In this document: positions 46,932 through 57,047 of the stretch, in pieces
Layout of the letters: the number at the start of each line of letters is the position of its first letter
How positions within the stretch are numbered: the stretch's first letter is position 1
Source: Candidatus Latescibacterota bacterium
GTDB taxonomy: Bacteria > Latescibacterota > UBA2968 > UBA8231
Direction: 5' to 3'
Assembly (NCBI GenBank): GCA_965215195.1
Contig: CBDCDC010000002.1
Location: forward strand, 4,672,001-4,736,000
Length of the DNA: 64,000 bases
Translations under genes and position numbers: made by a program
The notes under the pieces: generated by a model
Databases searched by the model: none
The model's input: only the letters and a program-made list of their open reading frames with translations
What the model was told of the DNA's origin: nothing

Positions 46932-47828
46932 CTACGCAACACTCGCTGGAGACAAGGTTGCAAACGCCAGCCGGCTGATGTCGCCGATGGCGTCCATGCC
47001 CTTCTGCGATTCCTCGCGCACGTCAGTAGTGGCAAGGGCGGCGATGACTAGGGGCCCCGAGGGCAGATAGACCACGCCGGCGTCGGCCTTGATGCGGCCG
47101 CTGCCGCCGTTTTTCCGCGCCACCTCGATTGTGGGCTTGAGATACTGCCGGATGCGATTCGGCTGCGTCGATTTCTTCATCATCTCCAGCATCTGCCCAC
47201 AGGCCTCGGCGTTGATGATTTCGCCCCGCTGCATCATCTCCAGCATCCGGCCCAGATCGCGGGCAGAGGCGACGTTGTTATCGAGGGAACTGGCAAAGGG
47301 CAGGTCCCGGTCGCCATCGCCCGTGAGCTTGCCCGCTCTTTTCAACTCGTCGTTCTCCCGCGACGGCGTCGCGGTAATCCCGTCCATGAGGTAATGCCAG
47401 ACTCCGATCGGCATCGGAAAGCGGGTGTGGTGGAAGCCCATTGACTCCATAGTGGCGTTGATGGCCTCGGGCGTCACGAGGCCGACGAGCGTGTCGGTGG
47501 CGACGTTGTCGCTGACGGCCATCATCAGCCGGCAGTAGTCCCGCACCGTCAGCTCTGGATCGTCCCGGGTCCAGCTCAACACGCCGGTGCCATGGGTGGA
47601 GACGTTTGGAGGAACGCGATGGCGGTCGTCAAGCGACAACCGGCCATTCTCGGCTTGGCGAAAAACCTCGATCAAGGCCGCCACCTTGATGGTGCTGGCC
47701 GTCGGCAACGGTTCGTCGGCATTGTATTCGTGACTCAGGCCGGTTTCAAGGCACTTGACGAAGAACCCGACGCGGCCCGGGACCGCACGGGCGATGGCGT
47801 CCATTTCGGCGGTGGGAAAAGAGGGCAT
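46932..47828 (-). CDS. Class A beta-lactamase-like serine hydrolase (Beta-lactamase2 family)
   Basis: PTASTIK (SxxK), SDN, KNG in place of KTG; no signal peptide. Confidence 0.82.
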   Translation of the reverse strand: MPSFPTAEMDAIARAVPGRVGFFVKCLETGLSHEYNADEPLPTASTIKVAALIEVFRQAENGRLSLDDRHRVPPNVSTHGTGVLSWTRDDPELTVRDYCRLMMAVSDNVATDTLVGLVTPEAINATMESMGFHHTRFPMPIGVWHYLMDGITATPSRENDELKRAGKLTGDGDRDLPFASSLDNNVASARDLGRMLEMMQRGEIINAEACGQMLEMMKKSTQPNRIRQYLKPTIEVARKNGGSGRIKADAGVVYLPSGPLVIAALATTDVREESQKGMDAIGDISRLAFATLSPASVA

Positions 47829-48039
47829 GGTGGCAAACGATAATCCAGCTCCTCGATCGCGTCCAGACCGTTGGGTCGAAAAGTGAGTTTTCTCGGTTTG
47901 GCTTAGACTCTATATTCCACGCCTGCTCCTGCACGTCGGCTCGCCTTGGTCCGCCGCTTTTGCGAAAAGGGGCCATCGGCGGCGCGGTCTAGGTGAAGCA
48001 GATGGGCGGGCAGAAACGAAATCGATCAAGGAGGCTGCT

Positions 48040-50064
48040 GTGACCGATATGAGTGCATTGCCGCAGATCACCGCCACCCGGGTGGGTGCGCCGCCGGCCT
48101 GGGCCCTACTAGAGCGCAATCTCATCGCCCAGATGGAAGAGGGGGCTCGGTTCAGGTTTCGCCAGTGTACGGAGCGCGGTGGGGCCATCCTCTACGCCGA
48201 GGATTTCGACGATCTCTTCGAGCAATTCTACAACTGGGGCCTGTTCTACGCCATGGGGGCGGACGACAGCTTGCTAGAGATGGCGGCGACCGCGTGGAAC
48301 GCGACAGTCCGCATCAGCGATGAGAACATCGTCCATCGCACCCGGTTTAACGACCACAAGAAGGTCTTCCGGCCCTCGGCCCGGCGGGAGTTCTGGAATA
48401 TCGAGCAGGCCATGGAGTGGCATCATCTGGGAGAGGGCATGATGGCCTTCTACGACTTCGGCGTCGCCGACCCGACGATCTCGGAGATGGCCCGGCGCGC
48501 CCAGCTATTCGCCGGATTCTACACGGGCGAGGATCCAGAGGCACCCAACTACGATCCAGAGCACAAAATTCTGCGATCCCCCTTCCAGTCGAGCGAGGGG
48601 CCGTTGCTAAAAGTGGGGGCCGAGACCGCCCACGCCATGCTCCTCGCGGGGCGCTGGCTGGGCGGCGACGTCAACTACTATGGCGTCCGCGCCAGTCTCT
48701 ACCCGATCGTGGAAGACCTCGAGCTCGACTGGTGGGAGGACCCGGCGCGACGGGAGGAGATCGTCGACCTGTTCAACAAGCTGATTCTGCAGTCGGACAC
48801 GCCCAACAACCTAGGTGCCACGGCGCTGGTGACCCACGCCTACCTGTACACGGGGGACGAGAAGTACAAACGCTGGGTGCTGGAGTACACCGAGGCGTGG
48901 ATGGAGCGGGCCGCGCAAAACGGCGGCATCATGCCCGACAACGTGGGTCCCCACGGCATCATCGGCGAGCGTCGCAACGGCAACTTCTGGGGCGGCCAGT
49001 ACGGTTGGAACCACTATCAGGGCTTCAACATCATGTTTCACAGCCTCAACATCGCCGCCGAATGCGCCCTGCTGCTAACCGGCGACTTCGGCTACCTCGA
49101 TCTGCTCCGCGATCAGGTCAAAATCCTCCTCGACGCCTCCATCACCAGAGAGGATGGTCAGCTAATTATGCCGACGCGCTACGGACCCTCTGGCTGGCAG
49201 TACGACCCACCCCTGCCGCGGCGGGAAGACACAATCGTGCCGATGCGCCATGTTTACACCGGCCCGATTCCCTGGCGCATGCAGGAGCTGGCCCACCTGT
49301 ACCACGCCTCCATGGCGCGGGAGGACTACGAGCTGATTGAGCGGGTGCGCGAGGGGGAGGTTGAGCGCGACTGGAATGCCGTTGGCGCGTTTGCCGGCGA
49401 AAAGAACGGGGGACAGACCGAGTTCGCCCGGTTCCAGTACTACGACGGCAAGAACCCGCAGTGGCCCGAGCAGATTCTTGCGGCCGAGTCGGAGTGGTCA
49501 ATGCAGGCCATCGACCGGATGCGCCAGGACCAGCGCACTGTGATCGAAAGACTACGGGAAAACGCCATTCCCGAGAACCCGGTCTTTACCAAGGGCCTGA
49601 CCCAAGTGACGATGGGGGCCCCTCAGTCCATCTACAACGGCGGGTTGCTGTGCGCCGCGGTTCGCTACTACGACCGAGACGAGCAACGCCCCGGGTTACC
49701 GCCCGACGTCGCCGCCCTCGTCGACCATCTCGCAGCCGACGCCGTGGGGGTCCAGCTCGTGAACTGCAGCCGGGAAGAGGAGCGACGGTTGATCGTGCAG
49801 GCGGGTGCCTTCGGGGAGCACACCTTCACGGAGGTGAGGACGGACAATGCGGCGGCAGCGGCCACAACGCACGTAAACGGCCGCTATGTCGCCGTCAATC
49901 TGCCGCCCGCGACGCAGGTGCGCCTCAACGCCGGTCTCTCCCGGTTCAGCAACAAGCCGAGTTACGCTTTCCCTTGGCACGGCGGTGAGATCCCGATCCC
50001 GTTTCCCGTAAACGCGGGTGCAACCGGCAGATCGGGTTCGGCGTACGTGGCACCGTCCCGTTGA
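48040..50064 (+). CDS. Conserved hypothetical 674-aa cytoplasmic protein, possibly an alpha/alpha-barrel carbohydrate-acting enzyme
   Basis: RBS AAGGAGG; coding-like composition; AYLYTGDEKYKRW and LLTGDFGYLD helical hairpins; no recognised family. Confidence 0.6.
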   Translation: MTDMSALPQITATRVGAPPAWALLERNLIAQMEEGARFRFRQCTERGGAILYAEDFDDLFEQFYNWGLFYAMGADDSLLEMAATAWNATVRISDENIVHRTRFNDHKKVFRPSARREFWNIEQAMEWHHLGEGMMAFYDFGVADPTISEMARRAQLFAGFYTGEDPEAPNYDPEHKILRSPFQSSEGPLLKVGAETAHAMLLAGRWLGGDVNYYGVRASLYPIVEDLELDWWEDPARREEIVDLFNKLILQSDTPNNLGATALVTHAYLYTGDEKYKRWVLEYTEAWMERAAQNGGIMPDNVGPHGIIGERRNGNFWGGQYGWNHYQGFNIMFHSLNIAAECALLLTGDFGYLDLLRDQVKILLDASITREDGQLIMPTRYGPSGWQYDPPLPRREDTIVPMRHVYTGPIPWRMQELAHLYHASMAREDYELIERVREGEVERDWNAVGAFAGEKNGGQTEFARFQYYDGKNPQWPEQILAAESEWSMQAIDRMRQDQRTVIERLRENAIPENPVFTKGLTQVTMGAPQSIYNGGLLCAAVRYYDRDEQRPGLPPDVAALVDHLAADAVGVQLVNCSREEERRLIVQAGAFGEHTFTEVRTDNAAAAATTHVNGRYVAVNLPPATQVRLNAGLSRFSNKPSYAFPWHGGEIPIPFPVNAGATGRSGSAYVAPSR

Positions 50065-50196
50065 ACAGCGCTCAGCCGAAAGCACCCGCACGACGTTTTC
50101 CCTCGTGATTCTCGGGCAGGCTGCCCACGCACCCGGCGGAAACAAGCCGATCACCGACGGGCCGATGGTCGATAAAGTATGCCGCGGCCGGTACGG

Positions 50197-51252
50197 CTAG
50201 GCCGGGCCGCCGCTTTCGTTGTTGACGGCCTGCACCAGCGCCCGCATATAGGCGATGGAGTACGCGACGCCTACGCGGCTTCCTCCGAGCAGCTCGGGAA
50301 TGTGGTCCGGGATGATGGCGCCGTCGAATTCAACGGCGCGCAGGGCCTGCATCACGCGGTGCATGTCCTGATAGCCGTCGTCCATCAGGGTTTCGCTCCA
50401 CGGGTCGGGCATGGGGTTGGAGACGTTGCGGAAGTGGATTTTGAAGAGCTTTTTGCGCGCGCCAAAGTAGTGTATCGCTTCTTCGACCGACGCCCCCATG
50501 CCCTGCTTGCCCCCCTCCAGCCAGCAGCCGACGCACAGACAGACGCCGATGTTGGGGCTGTCGGCGATGTCCATGGCCCGCTTGTACCCAGCGAAGTTGC
50601 CGAAGATGCAGCGCGGTATTCCGCCTAGGGCATAGACCGGCGGATCGTCGGGATGGATGCCGATATAGACGCCAGCTTCCTCGGCGACCGGCCCGACCTT
50701 GCGGATCATGTACTCGTAGTTTTCCCACAGTTCGTCTTCGCTGTACTCGCGGCCGTGCGTCAAGTCGCCGGCAAAGGTCTCGCCGCTCCAGCGACCTTTG
50801 GCATTTTTAATGTCGAGGGTCCGTGCGCTCATGCGGCCGCGGCGAGTGGTGCGGCCGGTGCTCCAGATGCCGTTGCCCATGTGGGCGTACGTGTGGTAGC
50901 GGATGCCGGCCGTGCCGAGGTCGCGGATAAACTGGATTAGCTCTGCGACTTTCTCGTCGCGGCCGGGCAGATTGAGCGTGATCTGCGGGACGTTGTGGAC
51001 CGCGTGATTGGCGATGCGGTAGATCTGAAAGCCGTATTGGGCAAAGCGCGCCGCGAACTGCTTGTAGTGTTCGACGCTGTGCAAGGCTGGGTCGTCGATC
51101 CCGAGCATGACCCACTCGACGCCGAGCTGTTGGAAGAATTGCAAATCCTCGTCGCTGGCCTTGTGCGAGGTCTGGACGGCGACTTGGATTCCCGGCTCGC
51201 TGGCGTACAGGCCGGGGACAGCGCGCAGGGCGTAGGGTTTGTTGGCGGTCAT
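50197..51252 (-). CDS. uxuA: Mannonate dehydratase family protein
   Basis: PVAEEAGVYIGIHPDDPP, IHFRNV, IIPDHIP, AYMRAL; ATG at 51252 with RBS AAGGAAGG. Confidence 0.85.
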   Translation of the reverse strand: MTANKPYALRAVPGLYASEPGIQVAVQTSHKASDEDLQFFQQLGVEWVMLGIDDPALHSVEHYKQFAARFAQYGFQIYRIANHAVHNVPQITLNLPGRDEKVAELIQFIRDLGTAGIRYHTYAHMGNGIWSTGRTTRRGRMSARTLDIKNAKGRWSGETFAGDLTHGREYSEDELWENYEYMIRKVGPVAEEAGVYIGIHPDDPPVYALGGIPRCIFGNFAGYKRAMDIADSPNIGVCLCVGCWLEGGKQGMGASVEEAIHYFGARKKLFKIHFRNVSNPMPDPWSETLMDDGYQDMHRVMQALRAVEFDGAIIPDHIPELLGGSRVGVAYSIAYMRALVQAVNNESGGPA

Positions 51253-51265
51253 GGAGTGCCTTCCT

Positions 51266-52288
51266 TTAGTAATCAACCACCACTTTGATGGTTTGGGGCT
51301 GGAGCGCTGCGTCGAAACCGGCGACCAAGTCGGGAAAAGCGACGCACTGCGAGATGAGGGGCCCCACGTTGAGTTGCTGCCGCGCCAACAGGTCGAGGGC
51401 CTCGGGAAATACGTGGGCAAAGCGGAACGAACCGCGGACGGTCAGTTCCTTTTGCATGACCAAGTTGACCGGCAGTTCAATCGGGCCGCCTTGGACGCCC
51501 AACTGCACGATGGTGCCACCGGCCTTGCAGTGCGCGTACGCGGCTTGCAGGGCAGCCGGAGCACCAGAGGCTTCCACTACTACATCGAATCCCGCGCCCG
51601 CCGCCCGCGCCATGGCCGCCGAATCGTCGGCGCACACCGGCTGATCGGCCCACAGCGACGTGGCCAAGTCGAGCGCACTTTGGCGAATATCGCTGACCGC
51701 GAGATGGGCTGCTCCGTAGTGCCGAGCGACTAGGCCAATGAGCTGGCCGATGGGACCAGCACCGGTCACCAACGCGCGCTTGCCAGCGATCCCCCCGGCT
51801 TGGCCGACGCCGTGGACCGCAATGGATAGCGGCTCGAGTAGGGCCGCTTGGCGATAGTCCATCGCAGCGGGCAGCGGATGGCAGTTGTGTGCATGGACTT
51901 GCACGCATTCGCGGAACGAGCCGTCTTGGGGTGGGCTACAGGCAGCGGAGCCAAAGTAGCGCATCTGCGGGCAGAGGTTGTAGCGGCCTTGGCGGCAGGG
52001 GGCGCACGTGCGACAGGGGTGGGACGGGTCGATGGCCACTCGGCTGCCCGCCGGCAGCACGTCCGCGAACGCGCCCGCATCGACGACTTCCCCGGCGGCC
52101 TCGTGTCCGAGGACAAAGGGACGCTCTGGAACGAAATCGCCGTTTCTGCCGTGTACATAGTAGTGCAGATCCGACCCACAGATGCCGGTGGCGCGGATTT
52201 GCACCAAGACCTCGTCCGCGGCAATCTGCGGCCGGTCGATTTCCGCGGCGCGCAGATCGCGAGCGCCGTGTAGGTAAAAGGCTTGCAC
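51266..52288 (-). CDS. Zn-dependent sugar-acid dehydrogenase (L-idonate 5-dehydrogenase-like)
   Basis: GICGSDLHY, LGHE, structural Zn cysteines, GAGPIG, GSFRF; GTG start at 52288. Confidence 0.85.
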   Translation of the reverse strand: MQAFYLHGARDLRAAEIDRPQIAADEVLVQIRATGICGSDLHYYVHGRNGDFVPERPFVLGHEAAGEVVDAGAFADVLPAGSRVAIDPSHPCRTCAPCRQGRYNLCPQMRYFGSAACSPPQDGSFRECVQVHAHNCHPLPAAMDYRQAALLEPLSIAVHGVGQAGGIAGKRALVTGAGPIGQLIGLVARHYGAAHLAVSDIRQSALDLATSLWADQPVCADDSAAMARAAGAGFDVVVEASGAPAALQAAYAHCKAGGTIVQLGVQGGPIELPVNLVMQKELTVRGSFRFAHVFPEALDLLARQQLNVGPLISQCVAFPDLVAGFDAALQPQTIKVVVDY

Positions 52289-52330
52289 GAAGCGGATAGT
52301 AGCGGCCAAAGTACAGCGCGTCAAGGGAAA

Positions 52331-52682
52331 GGGGTCAAACTCGCCGCCCACCAAGACGATCCCCCGGCCGAAACCCTTTTCGGCACGGGCCGGCTCCTGA
52401 CCAATCACGACGCCATGCAGCGGTTGATCGACCTCGTGCCCAGTCCGAGCAATGGGCTGGAGTTTTGCCAGGGAACAGTGGCGGAGATGGGGCCGGACAA
52501 GACGATCGCAGCCGTGCGCCGCTTCGCCGCACCGGGCAGTGCATTTCCGCAATGTGCGCGGCGGCTTCCCCGGGCCACGTCAACATGATCGCCGCGCTCG
52601 CGACGCTGGCGGAGTCATCACGCCCGACCACACGCCTCGCGTAATCGGCGACGAGTCGTACGGACATTGAGGCCGAGCTTTT
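52331..52682 (+). pseudogene. Fragmented second mannonate dehydratase-family gene
   Basis: Blocks in three frames: GVKLAAHQDDPP...NGLEFCQGTVAEM, VHFRNVRGGFP, VNMIAALATL and GVITPDHTPRVIGD..YGH*GRAF. Confidence 0.8.
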
Positions 52683-52711
52683 CGCGCTGGAATTGCTGGA
52701 TTAGTGGGAAG

Positions 52712-52799
52712 TGGTGCCGAGGGCCGGACTCGAACCGGCACGTCCTAAGCGGACAGTGGATTTTAAGTCCACCGCGTCTACCAATTCCGCCACCCCGGC
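52712..52799 (-). tRNA. tRNA-Leu(TAA)
   Basis: GCCGGGGTGGCGGAATTGGTAGACGC...CTTAAAA...GGTTCGAGTCC...CACCA; long variable arm. Confidence 0.96.
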
Positions 52800-52814
52800 G
52801 CATAAACAAAAAAA

Positions 52815-52888
52815 TGGAGGCGACGCCCGGAATCGAACCGGGGATAAGGGCTTTGCAGGCCCCTGCCTTACCACTTGGCCACGTCGCC
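52815..52888 (-). tRNA. tRNA-Cys(GCA)
   Basis: GGCGACGTGGCCAAGTGGTAAGGC...CTGCAAA...GGTTCGATTCC...CTCCA. Confidence 0.96.
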
Positions 52889-52903
52889 TCAAACAGGAAT
52901 TTG

Positions 52904-52932
52904 AAAGTACGCGACCCGCAGGCTCCTGTCAA
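52904..52932 (-). promoter_or_regulatory. Sigma70 promoter of the tRNA pair
   Basis: TTGACA-N17-TACTTT ending about 15 nt upstream of tRNA-Cys. Confidence 0.7.
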
Positions 52933-53083
52933 CCTGCCTGCCGCCTGCTTGCGCCATGTGTTCTGCGCCGAGAATAGATTAAAGATGTGATGGTATCTCG
53001 ACCGCCTCTTTGACGTGGTTCACAAAATCCATAACATAAAAAGAGCATTGCTACAAATGTCGTGACGCATTAAGGAGGGAGAA

Positions 53084-53297
53084 ATGACTACTACTGAAGA
53101 GCGCGTCAGCAGGCTCGAGGGCACCCATGAACACTTTGCCACTAAAGCCGATGTAGCCGACGTCAAAACCGAACTCGCCAATGTCAAAACCGACGTGCAG
53201 GAACTCAGAAGCGAACTCAAGGCCATGGAGACGCGCCTCTGGACTATTGATAGCCAGCGCCGGCGCGACAGTAGCCATATTGCGTTTCCTGTCTTAG
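53084..53297 (+). pseudogene. Frameshifted DUF1640-like coiled-coil/TM protein
   Basis: RBS AAGGAGG; FATKADVADVK coiled coil to METRL; the TM tail [18 protein letters not shown] is in the +1 frame from 53241. Confidence 0.7.
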
Positions 53298-53325
53298 CGG
53301 TCGGCTGCACCCGTCAGCTTTCACC

Positions 53326-54117
53326 ATGCGACAATACCTCGACCTAGTAAGCCATTGCCTCGACCGCGGCGCGGCCAAAGCCGACCGCACGGGCGTCGGC
53401 ACCCTCGCCATCTTCGGCTATCAGATGCGCTTTGATCTCGCGGCCGGGTTCCCCTGCCTGACCACCAAGAAGCTGCATTTGCGTTCCATCATCCACGAAC
53501 TCTTGTGGTTCCTCAAGGGCGACACCAACGCGGCCTATTTGCAAAAGAAAAACGTCCGCATCTGGGACGAATGGGCCGACGAAAGCGGCGACCTCGGCCC
53601 CATCTACGGCAAGCAGTGGCGCAACTGGACCACCCCGGACGGCCCCATCGACCAAATTCAACGCGCCGTTGACCTCATTAAGACCGATCCCGATTCGCGC
53701 CGCATCCTCGTCAGCGCGTGGAACGTCGGCGAGTTGGAGCAAATGGCCCTCATGCCCTGCCACTGCCTGTTCCAGTTTTTCGTCGCCCGCGGCCAGCTTT
53801 CCTGCCAGCTCTATCAACGCTCTTGCGACGTGGGCCTTGGCGTGCCGTTCAACATCGCCAGCTACAGCCTGCTGACCATGATGATGGCCCAAGTCTGCGG
53901 CTTGCAGCCCGGGGAATTCGTCTGGACCGGCGGCGACGTCCACATCTATCAGAACCACGTCGCCGCACTGCGCCAACAACTCACCCGCACCCCCCGGCCG
54001 CAGCCGGTGATGACCATTAAAAATCGCGGCCAGTCGATTTCCAACTTCCGCTACGACGATTTCCAACTGCTCAACTACCATCCCCATCCCTCCATCCCCA
54101 TGGAAATCGCCGTCTGA
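53326..54117 (+). CDS. thyA: Thymidylate synthase
   Basis: [42 protein letters not shown]. Confidence 0.97.
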   Translation: MRQYLDLVSHCLDRGAAKADRTGVGTLAIFGYQMRFDLAAGFPCLTTKKLHLRSIIHELLWFLKGDTNAAYLQKKNVRIWDEWADESGDLGPIYGKQWRNWTTPDGPIDQIQRAVDLIKTDPDSRRILVSAWNVGELEQMALMPCHCLFQFFVARGQLSCQLYQRSCDVGLGVPFNIASYSLLTMMMAQVCGLQPGEFVWTGGDVHIYQNHVAALRQQLTRTPRPQPVMTIKNRGQSISNFRYDDFQLLNYHPHPSIPMEIAV

Positions 54118-54162
54118 CGGGCCTGTTTGCACCGGCCTCTCGGTCGGCGGGTACTCCTGTTA

Positions 54163-54519
54163 TCAGTCTTGGTTCAGGACAATCACTTGGGCATGTGCCG
54201 CATCTATGGTCCAAGCCCCAACCTGTCCGTCCTCGTCCAAGTCGGCCCGCACCACCAACCAGAATCCGTCGGTGACGAGCCACAACTCCCAAGCATAGCC
54301 CTCTACCCGCCACCAAGCGCGCCGCACCTTCTCGTCATTCGGGTCGAGGTAGCGGCCGTGCTCGGCAAAATAGGCCCTTTCGACCAAGTAGAGCTGCTCC
54401 AACCGCGCCTCCAATTGGATCAAGCGCCGCTCAGCAGGGGTCAAGCGAGAGAAATGCACGATCCCCAGCCCTATGAGCACCGCCAGCAAAAGTGCCAACT
54501 CGAGCAGTCTCAGCGACAT
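54163..54519 (-). CDS. Small membrane-anchored pilin-like protein
   Basis: LLELALLLAVLIGL N-terminal helix, ERAYFAEHGRY, ADLDEDG...WTID; no G|F prepilin site. Confidence 0.5.
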   Translation of the reverse strand: MSLRLLELALLLAVLIGLGIVHFSRLTPAERRLIQLEARLEQLYLVERAYFAEHGRYLDPNDEKVRRAWWRVEGYAWELWLVTDGFWLVVRADLDEDGQVGAWTIDAAHAQVIVLNQD

Positions 54520-56072
54520 GGGATAACGACCTCTTCGACGACTTGGGCCGCGTCTAAGTCAATCGGCTCGCCATAGCGTCCATAAGGCTCGGCATAGCGA
54601 AAGGGGTTGAGCGAGCCGCGGCCGTGCTCTTTGTCGCCATCGCGATCTACAAACGCCCACAGCGCGTACGTGCCGGCTAGCAGGCCGTCCAGCGCAAACC
54701 GTCCCTCTTCGTCGGCCCACTCGGCGTACGTCCGCCCGTCCTCGTTGATGGCCGCGACCCGGACGCGACCCATTTCCCCGGCCTGTACCTGCCCCCGAAT
54801 CGCCGCGGTCTCCGCGCTGACCGCAAACGAGAGCGCAAGGAGGCTGTCGGCGAGGCCGTTGCCGGCCCGGTCCACGAGCTGAGCGGCCGGCCCGGCGAGC
54901 CGATATGCACCCGGCACCAGCGGTTCGGCGGGCGCAAAGCGGGCGCAGTTGGGCGCTGGCCACAGCCAATCCCCAGCTAGTGCTTGCGTCGAATCGCTCT
55001 CCGTCCACAATTTTTCCAGCGCGACCGGCTGCATGGCCTCAGAAAAAAGCAAGTCCAGCGCGTCCCCTGGCGCCAGTTGATCCCGCGCTAGTGCGACGAA
55101 AGAGGGCGGCTTGTGGTCGGGCCGCCCACTGCCGCGGACGGGCGCGTCCCACTGCACGGGCGCACCGGCGAGCGCGAGCTGCACGGCATAGCGCCGGCCC
55201 GGCTCTTGCGCTGCCGTCTCCACGTAAATTTTCTCCTCTGCATCCGGGGCCGCGTACAGCGACTCCATCGCCAGCCCGGCGACCTCCAGTTCTAAGTCTT
55301 GCGGATCCACAGCCTCGGCAAACAGCAACATCAGCCGCTCGGCGTGTATGGCCTGGACCCGCTTGAGCGCGGGCGCGGGCACCTGCTGACGCACGAGGGC
55401 CAAATCGCCAGCCAGCACCTCTTCTTCCCCCACTTCCACAGAGGACGCCGGCAGGGCCAGCCACTCGTCGGCATCTGGCAGGACGTTGCGGTTTGCGTCC
55501 CTAAAGGCCAGCACCCGATAAGGGCCTGGAGCGAGGCGGGCAAATTCGTAGCCCCCATCGGTACCGCTCTGAGTCTGATAGGACGGTTCGTCCAATCCCA
55601 CCCGCCCGCTAAAGGTTCCCAAGTCATAGGCCCAAACATGGGCGCTGGCTATGGGTTGATGGTCTTGGTACACCCGGCCCCGCATCAAGCCTTGGTCGAG
55701 TTGTAAGCCGGTGGCAAAAGCCAAGGTAAAGGATTTCGTCAAGGCATTGCCCCGCAGATCGCGCGCCCCAGTACCTACCGTCAGCACGTAGGTCCGCTCC
55801 TCGGCCAAGGGCATGGCAATGCGCAGCCGCCGGCCGCGCCACGCCAGTTGCAGCGGCCCGGTCGGCGAGGTGAAAATAGCGGCTTCGGTCTGCTCGCGAT
55901 TCATGGGTTCGCTGAAGACGATTTCTACTTTGGTATCCCGCGCCACTGCCAAGGCGTCGCTCTCCGGGTAGTGAGACAGAATGCGGGGCGGTTCTTTGTC
56001 CACCGGCCCGCCGGTGGGCGGCCCGACTTTGGCGCAACCCAAGAACAGCGCGACCAAGACGCTAATCAGCAC
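54510..56072 (-). CDS. Lipoprotein with bacterial Ig-like (Big_5) domains
   Basis: FLGC-AKVGPPTGGPVDKEPP; FSEPMN, DLRGNAL, FATG; DxNxN and DxDxD motifs. Confidence 0.85.
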   Translation of the reverse strand: MLISVLVALFLGCAKVGPPTGGPVDKEPPRILSHYPESDALAVARDTKVEIVFSEPMNREQTEAAIFTSPTGPLQLAWRGRRLRIAMPLAEERTYVLTVGTGARDLRGNALTKSFTLAFATGLQLDQGLMRGRVYQDHQPIASAHVWAYDLGTFSGRVGLDEPSYQTQSGTDGGYEFARLAPGPYRVLAFRDANRNVLPDADEWLALPASSVEVGEEEVLAGDLALVRQQVPAPALKRVQAIHAERLMLLFAEAVDPQDLELEVAGLAMESLYAAPDAEEKIYVETAAQEPGRRYAVQLALAGAPVQWDAPVRGSGRPDHKPPSFVALARDQLAPGDALDLLFSEAMQPVALEKLWTESDSTQALAGDWLWPAPNCARFAPAEPLVPGAYRLAGPAAQLVDRAGNGLADSLLALSFAVSAETAAIRGQVQAGEMGRVRVAAINEDGRTYAEWADEEGRFALDGLLAGTYALWAFVDRDGDKEHGRGSLNPFRYAEPYGRYGEPIDLDAAQVVEEVVIPCR

Positions 56073-57018
56073 CGTGCGGGTGGGCCTCGGCGTACATGGC
56101 TTGCAGGTGCTCCAAGCTCACTTCGGTATAGCTCTGAGTCGCGGCCAAGGTTGCGTGGCCGAGGAGCTCCTTGACGGCCACCAAGTCGGCGCCAGCGTCG
56201 AGGAGATGGGCGGCAAAGGAGTGGCGCAGGCGATGCGGGCTAAGCGAATCGTCTTCTGATACGGTGCGCAGATGGCGCTCGACGATGCGCTGCACGGTGC
56301 GGCGGCTCAAGCGCTTGCCGCGTCCGTTGAGGAAGAGGGCACCGGCTTCTACTTGGGACATATCGCATTCGAGCAGGACCTCGGCGCGGCGGTGCAAGTA
56401 CGCTTTGAGCGCCTCTTGCGCTTTTGCACCAATGGGGGCGATGCGCTCCTTGCGGCCCTTGCCCATCACCTTGATGGTGCCTTCGGCCAAATCCAGCGAC
56501 GAGAGGTTGAGCGCCACCAACTCGCCGAGGCGAATGCCCCCTCCGTAGAATACCTCTAGGATGGCCCGGTCCCGCACGCCGCTGAACCGCTCGGTAGCAG
56601 GGGCTTCCATGGCCTCGGCGACCTGCTCTACGGGCAGGTGCCGCGGCAATGCCCGCTCGACTAAGGGCGATGCCACTGCACCCGCCGGATTGGCGACGAG
56701 TGCGCCCTCGCGACAGAGATAGCGAAAGAGCGAGCGCAGGGCCGCCAATTTGCGGGCGACAGTGCTGGCCTTGAGGCCCTTTTCCTCTAGGTCGGCGACA
56801 AAGGACTGCACCTGCTCGCGCTGCACTGCCCGCAGCGGCAATTGCAACTCATCGACGCGCGGGTAGAGAAAGCGGGCAAATTGCTGCAAGTCGCAGCTAT
56901 ATGAACTGAGGGTGTACTCGGCGTAGTTGCGCTCTTTGTGCAGGTATTCCAAGAAGCGGGCAATGCCCTCTTCAAGGCTGGTTCCAGGGTGCAGAGCGCT
57001 CTGCGGTGCATCGGCCAT
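56062..57018 (-). CDS. xerC: Tyrosine recombinase XerC
   Basis: RDRAILE.FYGGGIR, GKGRKER, HRLRHSFA, LLGH, TQSY; lies downstream of topA. Confidence 0.85.
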   Translation of the reverse strand: MADAPQSALHPGTSLEEGIARFLEYLHKERNYAEYTLSSYSCDLQQFARFLYPRVDELQLPLRAVQREQVQSFVADLEEKGLKASTVARKLAALRSLFRYLCREGALVANPAGAVASPLVERALPRHLPVEQVAEAMEAPATERFSGVRDRAILEVFYGGGIRLGELVALNLSSLDLAEGTIKVMGKGRKERIAPIGAKAQEALKAYLHRRAEVLLECDMSQVEAGALFLNGRGKRLSRRTVQRIVERHLRTVSEDDSLSPHRLRHSFAAHLLDAGADLVAVKELLGHATLAATQSYTEVSLEHLQAMYAEAHPHGAD

Positions 57019-57047
57019 GGCGTAGCCAGCCAAAAAGAAAAGAGTAC

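Noticed and set aside
46932-47828. Possible antibiotic-resistance beta-lactamase
   Set aside because: No signal peptide, no recognisable E166 omega loop, and KNG instead of KTG; more likely a cytoplasmic serine hydrolase.
50065-50196. Minus-strand ITRENVVRVLSAE, similar to a 2-hydroxyacid dehydrogenase C-terminus
   Set aside because: Too short to support a pseudogene call.
56062-57018. Phage or ICE integrase
   Set aside because: The XerC-like sequence is in conserved topA context with no mobile genes nearby.
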